In this document: in pieces, positions 57,231-64,000 of the stretch
How the letters are laid out: each line of letters begins with the position of its first letter
Position numbering within the stretch: the first letter of the stretch is position 1
Assembly: GCA_040756875.1 (NCBI GenBank)
Contig: JBFLYH010000001.1
Coordinates: 672,001-736,000, forward strand
Direction: 5' to 3'
DNA length: 64,000 bases
From: a candidate division FCPU426 bacterium
Lineage (GTDB): Bacteria > Oederibacteriota > JAAXVQ01 > JAUVAV01
The notes under the pieces: model-generated
What the model saw: the letters and a program-made list of their open reading frames with translations, nothing else
Database searches by the model: none
Told to the model about the DNA's origin: nothing
Program-made: the position numbers and the translations under genes

Positions 57231-58178
57231 GTGTCAATGACATCGCGTCATCGCGATCTGCTTTTACTGGCCGGAGGACTGGCCGGTTTTGGAATCCTGA
57301 TGCTGTTGGCCCTGCTCAGCCTGGCCAGGATGTCCGGCGGCTACGTCGGCTTGGTCCAAATCGAAGGGGTGCTGCTTGAAGACCGGACTGCGGTCAAACA
57401 GCTGCACCGCCTCCGGGATCACCCCCGGGTCAAGGCTGTGGTCATTCATCTCAACACCCCGGGCGGCACACTGGCCTCGGCCCAGTCCATTGCCGAGGAA
57501 ATCTCGAAACTCCGCCGCTCGGGAATCCCCGTGGTCGCCTCCATGGCGGAGATTTGCGCTTCGGCCGGCTACTTCATCAGCTGTGCGGCTGACCGCAGTT
57601 TAGCGGCGCCCGGCTCCATCACAGGTTCCATCGGAGCGATTTTGCGCTATCCCGAAGCCGGAGAGCTGATGCGCAAGATCGGCGTGCGCATGGAGGTGGT
57701 GAAGAGCGGAGACTACAAGGACATGGGCGATTTTTCCCGGCCTCTGACTGCATCCGAAAAACGCCTGCTGCAGGACATGCTGGACGATTTGCACGCCCAA
57801 TTCGTGGATATGGTGCTGAACGCACGCGGCGACAAGCTGGCCGCCGCCTTGGCTAAAAAAAGAGGCGTGCAGCTTACGGATCTGGCGCCCGAGGAAGTCA
57901 AAGCCGAACTCCTGGGCCTGGCAGACGGGCGGGTTTTTTCGGGACGGCAGGCGCAGGCCTTGGGCCTGGTGGATCAACTGGGAAACCTTGATGACGCCGT
58001 GGAAACGGCGGCCCGTCTGGCCGGCCTCCGCGGCAAACCCCGTGTCTGGAGGGAAAAACCTCCTTCGCTCTGGCAGCAATGGTTGCAGGCTTCCCCCTGG
58101 TCCGGCGGCAGCCGCTCAACGGACTGGCGGCTGGACGCAATCAAAGCCTGGCTGCGGCAATGGCTACAGGCGCTGTGA
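57231..58178 (+). CDS. sppA: signal peptide peptidase SppA (S49, short type)
   Basis: NTPGG, CASAGY, GSIG, KSGDYKD, DGRVFSG.QA..LGLVD. Confidence 0.93.
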   Translation: MSMTSRHRDLLLLAGGLAGFGILMLLALLSLARMSGGYVGLVQIEGVLLEDRTAVKQLHRLRDHPRVKAVVIHLNTPGGTLASAQSIAEEISKLRRSGIPVVASMAEICASAGYFISCAADRSLAAPGSITGSIGAILRYPEAGELMRKIGVRMEVVKSGDYKDMGDFSRPLTASEKRLLQDMLDDLHAQFVDMVLNARGDKLAAALAKKRGVQLTDLAPEEVKAELLGLADGRVFSGRQAQALGLVDQLGNLDDAVETAARLAGLRGKPRVWREKPPSLWQQWLQASPWSGGSRSTDWRLDAIKAWLRQWLQAL

Positions 58179-61084
58179 AATTCAGAAGACGCTTGACGGC
58201 CGCACGGATCGCCTGCGTTCTGGGAACGGCCGTGCTCCTCATTTTGCCGGCCCCGGCCGGCGTTTGGGGATTCGGCAAAAACAAGACCCAAACCCGCGAC
58301 CTGGAATGGCGGGTTTTCGAGACGGCGCATTTTGAAATTCACTACTATCCCGAAGAAGAGGCCTTGGCCCGGGAAGTGTGCCGATATGCGGAGGAAGCCT
58401 ACCAGCACGACACCCGTCTGCTAAGGGAGCGGCCGGCCGAAAAGACCCCGCTCTTCCTCTACCGCAACCAGGTTGATTTCCAACAGACGAACATCCTCCC
58501 GTCCGTCATCGGCGTGGGCACCGGCGGTTTTACCGAGGCCTACAAGAATCGCGTCGCCCTGCCGGCCCCGGATTCGCCCGTGTCCCTCCGCCAGGTCATT
58601 TTCCACGAGTTCACGCACGTACTGCAGTTTAACATTCTCTACGGCGAAGGCATGCGCTCCTTCCGCGTCTACAAAGGATATCTCATCCCGTTGTGGGTGA
58701 TCGAAGGCCTGGCGGAATACGCCGCGCAGGATTGGAACGCCGAGGCGGAAATGGTCATGCGGGACGCCGTGCTGAACGACCGGTTGCAGCCCCTGCCGCT
58801 TTTGGAGGGATTCAGCCACCTGGAAGACGTGTATTTAGCCTACAAACAAGCCCAGTTGACGATGGAATACATTGCCGAACGTTACGGCGAAGAAAAGCTG
58901 GCCTCCCTGTTCAAACGGTTTAAAAGCCAGATCTCGCTTTCTCAAATTTTGCGCGAAACCCTTGGGCTTGGCCTGCAGGAGTTGAACGAGGAATTCTTCT
59001 ACTGGGTGCGGCAGCGCTACTGGCGGCGCACGGCAAACCTGCAGTGGCCCTCTGCCTACGGCAATCCCATGGAACCGGCGCAACCCGGGCGCCCGCACGT
59101 ATCGGTGGGCGCGGCGTATTCTCCGGACGGGCGCTATCTGGCGTACGTGTCGAACAAGGACCAGAACTGGCGGATCTATCTGAAAACCAGGAATCAGGGA
59201 TATCCCGCGCGACCCATCACCTCGCAATTATTCGAAACCTTTGGGTTGCGCGGCCGGCCCCTCACCTGGTCGCCGGACAGCCGCCGTCTGGCTTTCGCAG
59301 CCCAAACCGAAGGGAAGACACAATTATATTTTCTCGATGTCGCCAGCCGCCGTCTGGAGGCGCACGACCTCCCGGCGGATTATTTTTTCTCGCCGGCCTG
59401 GTCCCCGCAAGGCGACCGGCTGGCCGTCATCGGCGTGCGCAACGGGGTAAGCGACGTGTATGTATGGAATCCATCCTCGGGCGAATTCACGCCGGTTACC
59501 CGCGACCGCGAAGCCAATAACTCGCCGGTCTGGTCTCCAGATGGCACCCAACTGGTATTCACCTCCGAGCAGGGGGAACACTGGCAGATCCTGCAGGTGG
59601 CCGCCGGCCAGCCGGAAGCCGAACCCCAGCCACTGACCCGCGGGTCATGCAACCATATGACGCCCGTATTTTCCACGGACGGGAAGCAGCTTTATTTCGC
59701 CTCGGATCTTTCGGGTGAGTTCAACCTCTACCGCATGGACATGGCCACCCGGGCATGGACCCAGCTGACGTCCGTGCCCACCGCGGCCTTGCAGCCCGCC
59801 CCGGCTCCGGAAGGGCAAAAACTGGCGTTTGCCCTGTACGCCAAGGGGTCAGAGGACATCTGGCTCATGCCGGACAATCCGCCGTCAGCGCACGAAGTGA
59901 ATCCAGATCAAGCCAAGCCCACGGTGGTGGCTGCGGCGCCTCCGGCCCCCCTGTACGAACCTGAACCGACCGAGGAAGAGGAGCCTGAGGAATCCGAGCC
60001 CCAGCCGGCTGAAACCCCGGCCCCCGACTCCGCCCCCTTGATCCAGGATTCGCACGCCTACCATTTTCGCTTCAGCCCGGATCTGCTTTTTCTGCTCGCC
60101 GGCTATGACAGCTCCCAAGGGCTGATCGGCGGCGGCTACCTCACAGCCAGCGATTACCTGGGCAACCACAATGTCAGCCTGATCAGCGACTTCGTTCCCG
60201 GTTACCAGACCCGGACCCAGCTGACCTATGCCAATCTCACCTATCCGGTGGATATCCTGCTTTCCGCCAGTTACCGTAAAAATTACTACCGCCTCCTGGA
60301 CCTGGAAACCAACACCCTGACCGACGAATTCAACGACGAGGAAATCGGCGGTGCCCTGGGGTTGCAGCGTCCGTTTTCCCTCTACGACCGTGTGGAAATG
60401 CAGTTCGTTGTGCGCAATCTGCGGCGCGTTCAGGACGAATCAGTGCTCGACCGGCGGGTGACGAGCCTGAGTCTCTCCCTCGTTCATGACAGCACGGTCT
60501 GGTATGATTTCGATCCCACCAACGGGTCCCGTCGCAGCCTTTCCGTGGTATGGGCGGACCGTCTGCTGGGAGGCATGGAAAACTACTCCCTGCTGCAAGC
60601 CAATGCCCAGGTTTTTAAAAGCCTGGATTTTCTCAGCCCCTATCTGGTGGGCAGCGTGCGTTTGCTGGCCGCGGCCAGCCTGGGACCCGAGCATCCGGTT
60701 TTTCTTTTTGGCGGGATCGGTCTGCTGCCTGAATCGGTGACCATCCGCGGCTACCGCTACGGTGAACTCCTGGGCAGCCAGATCGGCACGCTCAACTTCG
60801 AGTTGCGGTTTCCCCTGGCCCGTAACATCAATTACACGCTCTGGCCACTCGACTTTTTACTGCTGAAGACTTTTCAAATGGTGATTTTCGACGACCTGGG
60901 GGTGGTCACGAACGACATTGCCCGTTATACTTCCTCAGACCTGAGGAATTCCGCGGGCGTCGGATTGCGCTTGCACACTTTTTTGCTCGGCAAAGAGCTG
61001 CTCACCATCCGGTTTGACTATTCCCAGCGCACTGACCGTCCGGGAGATGCTGTTTATGTCTGGGGAATAGGGCAATCATTTTAA
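58175..61084 (+). CDS. zincin-like peptidase + TolB/PD40 propeller + Omp85-type beta-barrel protein
   Basis: Signal peptide; HEFTH..WVIEGLAEY; repeated WSPDG; IRGY, ELRFPL, GVGLR, terminal GQSF. Confidence 0.85.
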   Translation: MKFRRRLTAARIACVLGTAVLLILPAPAGVWGFGKNKTQTRDLEWRVFETAHFEIHYYPEEEALAREVCRYAEEAYQHDTRLLRERPAEKTPLFLYRNQVDFQQTNILPSVIGVGTGGFTEAYKNRVALPAPDSPVSLRQVIFHEFTHVLQFNILYGEGMRSFRVYKGYLIPLWVIEGLAEYAAQDWNAEAEMVMRDAVLNDRLQPLPLLEGFSHLEDVYLAYKQAQLTMEYIAERYGEEKLASLFKRFKSQISLSQILRETLGLGLQELNEEFFYWVRQRYWRRTANLQWPSAYGNPMEPAQPGRPHVSVGAAYSPDGRYLAYVSNKDQNWRIYLKTRNQGYPARPITSQLFETFGLRGRPLTWSPDSRRLAFAAQTEGKTQLYFLDVASRRLEAHDLPADYFFSPAWSPQGDRLAVIGVRNGVSDVYVWNPSSGEFTPVTRDREANNSPVWSPDGTQLVFTSEQGEHWQILQVAAGQPEAEPQPLTRGSCNHMTPVFSTDGKQLYFASDLSGEFNLYRMDMATRAWTQLTSVPTAALQPAPAPEGQKLAFALYAKGSEDIWLMPDNPPSAHEVNPDQAKPTVVAAAPPAPLYEPEPTEEEEPEESEPQPAETPAPDSAPLIQDSHAYHFRFSPDLLFLLAGYDSSQGLIGGGYLTASDYLGNHNVSLISDFVPGYQTRTQLTYANLTYPVDILLSASYRKNYYRLLDLETNTLTDEFNDEEIGGALGLQRPFSLYDRVEMQFVVRNLRRVQDESVLDRRVTSLSLSLVHDSTVWYDFDPTNGSRRSLSVVWADRLLGGMENYSLLQANAQVFKSLDFLSPYLVGSVRLLAAASLGPEHPVFLFGGIGLLPESVTIRGYRYGELLGSQIGTLNFELRFPLARNINYTLWPLDFLLLKTFQMVIFDDLGVVTNDIARYTSSDLRNSAGVGLRLHTFLLGKELLTIRFDYSQRTDRPGDAVYVWGIGQSF

Positions 61085-61192
61085 GAAACATTCCAAATCT
61101 TCCGATTAATTATTTATCCAGGATCATCCCCCAATAAGCATTAATTTGCATGAAATACTCGGGCACAGTGGCTGTGTTTTTCCATAGTTTGC

Positions 61193-61221
61193 TTGATACG
61201 GGTTTTAAGTAGTGGTATATT
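61193..61221 (+). promoter_or_regulatory. sigma70-type promoter with extended -10
   Basis: TTGATA-N17-TATATT with TG upstream of the -10. Confidence 0.6.
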
Positions 61222-61265
61222 GGAGGAAGTTTTTAGGGAAATGATTTGTCAAATAACCTGCAAAA

Positions 61266-62459
61266 ATGGTACTCATGCAGCCATCCTATTTAAAAACATT
61301 GCTGCTTTTGACCGGGTTCCTCGGGTTATTCTCATGGGCCCAAGGAACCACTTGGTTTGAATTATCCGGAAAAATGGCCAGTGACAATAACATCTATTCC
61401 TACGTCATTCCTTATGCGGACAATTACGCGCAAATCGACTTCAGGGCCAACCACAAGGATAAAATCACCCGCAGCACCCATTATGCTCTGAACTACAGCC
61501 TCAGCACCGCTATGTACGATGAGTATAAAATGAAAAATTATCTCAACAACATTCTGGGCGGAAGCCTCGAGGAGGATCTCAGCGACAGTCTGGTGGCTTT
61601 GTTCAACGCGAATGTCAACCATTTCGATTATAACGACAGCGTCAATTCCAAATATGATTACCTGATGCTCACCACCCAGGCGGCCCTGCGGTTTTACATT
61701 TTCGCCTTCGATTTCACCAGCGTGGATTGGGGTTTAGAGTACAGCATGTACAATCTTCCGAATTACAATTTCGAGAAGGAAGGGTGGACACCCAGCCTGT
61801 CATTTCTGGAGGAAGTGGCCGAATACAACGGGTTCGGGAGCTATCTGACGATCAAGCAGGCCCTGCCGTATACCCTGGATCTGGAACTGACCGGCAAAAT
61901 CAGCTTCCAGCATTGCCCGGAACGCCCGCTCTTCGCCAGCGCCACGCAGAACGATTTTTCCAGCGAATACCGCCAGGATTTGGAGACCACGCTGCTGGTC
62001 AAACTGACCAAACGCGTGACGGCGAATTCATTCTTCAGCCTGGCCACGTGCTTCAACGAGCTTCAGTCCAACGCCAACGCCCAGGTCTATGACACGTCAT
62101 TGGGCGGCGTCATTCTGCAGGAGGAGTATTACCGCCGTTCCAAGCTGAACGTGATTTTAGACAGCATGATCTGCTTCGGGCCGGAAAACAGTTTCTTCAG
62201 AATCTACGCCACCTACCGCCAACTGACCTACAGCAACCGCAAAGCTCAGGACGCCGGCGGCAATCTGCTGCCGGAAACGCGCGCGGACAACGAATACAGC
62301 GCGCTGGTTGAATTCAACCAGCGCCTGGGCTATTTGTGGAAGTTCAACTGCCTGCTCAAACTCGGATACCAGTATACGCAAAACCTGACCAACGACTACC
62401 TCTACAACTACAAGCGCGACGCCGTTTATCTGGGGCTTACGTCGTATTTGTATTTATGA
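61266..62459 (+). CDS. putative outer-membrane beta-barrel protein
   Basis: Signal peptide; Tyr/Asn-rich amphipathic strands; DNN near the N-terminus; ends YNYKRDAVYLGLTSYLYL. Confidence 0.7.
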   Translation: MVLMQPSYLKTLLLLTGFLGLFSWAQGTTWFELSGKMASDNNIYSYVIPYADNYAQIDFRANHKDKITRSTHYALNYSLSTAMYDEYKMKNYLNNILGGSLEEDLSDSLVALFNANVNHFDYNDSVNSKYDYLMLTTQAALRFYIFAFDFTSVDWGLEYSMYNLPNYNFEKEGWTPSLSFLEEVAEYNGFGSYLTIKQALPYTLDLELTGKISFQHCPERPLFASATQNDFSSEYRQDLETTLLVKLTKRVTANSFFSLATCFNELQSNANAQVYDTSLGGVILQEEYYRRSKLNVILDSMICFGPENSFFRIYATYRQLTYSNRKAQDAGGNLLPETRADNEYSALVEFNQRLGYLWKFNCLLKLGYQYTQNLTNDYLYNYKRDAVYLGLTSYLYL

Positions 62460-62485
62460 ATGCGCAAGCCAGCGAAAGGGGGCCA

Positions 62486-64000
62486 ATGTTCATGAGACGC
62501 GCGGTATCTGCGGCCGTGTTTATCCTCGGCTTCCTCTCCTGCGTTCTTCCCCCGGCGCGAGCCGTGTGGGATATTGAAACCGTAGACTCGGCGGGGGACA
62601 CGGGCTGGTACTGTTCCCTGACCATGGATGCCTCCGACCGCCCGCATATTGCCTACTATTACCGCACGAGCGCTGATTTGAAATACGCGTACTGGAACGG
62701 GAGCGGTTGGGAAATCTCGGTCGTTGACGGAGCTGCGGTTTCCTGCGGCCAATATAGCTCTCTCGCGCTGGGCGCGTCTGGGTATCCCCGCATCGCCTAC
62801 CGCAATTCCAGCGGCTATATTGCCTGCGCCCTGTGGAACGGGACTTCCTGGGACCTTCAAACCAGCGGCGACACGACCCCGGTGGGGTTCGGAACCTCCA
62901 TTGCCGTGGGCTCGGACAATTCGGTCCACATCAGCTACGCGAATACGAGCTACAACAGCCACCGTTATTCCTATTACAACGGAACTTCCTGGTCCTGGGC
63001 CGAAATCCTGCCCAACGGCTATTTTATGGAGACTTCGCTGGCTTTGGACAGCGGCAATTATCCCTGGATCGCCGCTTATTCCGCCTCGGCCGACAACGTG
63101 CAGGTGCGTTATTGGAACGGAGCCGCCTGGCTGTCCAACAATCCGCCCGACACTTCCGAGGACGACGGATACTGGCCTGCACTTAAAATCGACTCGGCCG
63201 GCGTCAAGCACGTCAGTTATTGCTACTATTGGCGTTATTATGATGATGACCCTAATAATTTCAGCCTGTATACCGGGGATTTGAGATACCGCACATACAA
63301 CGGCGCGACCTGGAGCACGCCGCAAGTCGTGGACACGGCTTCCAACACGTACTCCTGCACGGGCTGGTTTACCTCCCTGGCCGTCGACACGGGCAACTAC
63401 GCGCACATCAGCTACCATGACCACGAGCACTGGGTTTTAAAATACGCGACCAATGCCACGGGCTCCTGGGTGGCGCAAACCATCGATCCCATGACCGCAC
63501 AGTACTTCAACACCTCCATTGCCCTCGATTCCGCGAACCATCCCAGCATCTGCTATTATGACCAGGTCAACAAGGACCTCAAATATGCCCGCTGGGTGAA
63601 CGGGCCCTATACGATCAGCGGAACCATTGTTGACGGCATCGGCACTCCCATCGCGGGCATCTATGTGACCCTGACCGGCAATGGCATTGAATCAAACTAC
63701 ATTACGGGCAGCGACGGCGTCTACCGGTTCGCCGGGATGCCGGCCAACGGTTCCAACACCTACACCATTACCCCCATGCTGGCAGGATATATCTTCAGCC
63801 CGGGCAACCGGACCTATACCAATCTGAGCGCCGATCAGCCGAACCAGGACTATATGATCTCTGCCGCATCCGGATATTTTATCCGCGGCTATTTGGTCGA
63901 CAACCAGGGATACGTCCTGCAGGATGCCCTTGTGACCTTGTCCGGCAGTTCGGCCGGCACGCGCAACACCGGCACCACCGGCTATTACGAATTCACCAAT
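62486..64000 (+). CDS. secreted protein: 7-blade beta-propeller followed by carboxypeptidase-regulatory-like repeats (3' end outside the window)
   Basis: Not in the ORF track. ATG at 62486 after AAGGGGG; signal peptide MFMRRAVSAAVFILGFLSCVLPPARA; repeats W...VD..G..SLA.D....PHI.Y; then YTISGTIVD..G.Y.F. No stop seen. Confidence 0.85.
   Translation, partial: MFMRRAVSAAVFILGFLSCVLPPARAVWDIETVDSAGDTGWYCSLTMDASDRPHIAYYYRTSADLKYAYWNGSGWEISVVDGAAVSCGQYSSLALGASGYPRIAYRNSSGYIACALWNGTSWDLQTSGDTTPVGFGTSIAVGSDNSVHISYANTSYNSHRYSYYNGTSWSWAEILPNGYFMETSLALDSGNYPWIAAYSASADNVQVRYWNGAAWLSNNPPDTSEDDGYWPALKIDSAGVKHVSYCYYWRYYDDDPNNFSLYTGDLRYRTYNGATWSTPQVVDTASNTYSCTGWFTSLAVDTGNYAHISYHDHEHWVLKYATNATGSWVAQTIDPMTAQYFNTSIALDSANHPSICYYDQVNKDLKYARWVNGPYTISGTIVDGIGTPIAGIYVTLTGNGIESNYITGSDGVYRFAGMPANGSNTYTITPMLAGYIFSPGNRTYTNLSADQPNQDYMISAASGYFIRGYLVDNQGYVLQDALVTLSGSSAGTRNTGTTGYYEFTN

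Overview
Gene-dense chromosomal window from a GC-rich, probably diderm and anaerobic bacterium (BamE-, Omp85- and CpoB/SPOR-like proteins, NiFe hydrogenase). No rRNA, tRNA, CRISPR array or mobile element was seen. 0.4-9.5 kb (+): tgt-yajC-unknown-miaB-TPR/SPOR-mutS-MFS. The mutS has an in-frame loss of its mismatch-recognition domain. 9.5-28.2 kb (-): a complete hypABFCDE set, then an 18-gene operon for an Mrp/Mbh-type group 4 membrane-bound [NiFe] hydrogenase. The operon is headed by an AsrAB/HydBG/FlxBA-like NAD(P)H-diaphorase pair and a four-cluster ferredoxin, and is the best candidate for an uncharacterised system. 28.2-29.5 kb is an extremely AT-rich divergent spacer. GC falls and recovers smoothly through coding genes around 28.2 kb and again around 36.4 kb (mutL/miaA). 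29.5-64 kb: MCP, STAS, MBL hydrolase, GT-C/TPR protein with a (QYQ)n tail, mutL, miaA, menA-like, zapA/zapB-like, pheT without pheS, malQ, HEAT protein, rnd, MscS, glutaredoxin plus FTR-rubredoxin, GH99-like, TPR proteins, ECF sigma/anti-sigma, prfB with its +1 frameshift, sppA, a protease-propeller-Omp85 protein, an outer-membrane barrel and a secreted 7-blade propeller protein that runs off the end. All calls come from motif recognition by eye; no database searches were run.
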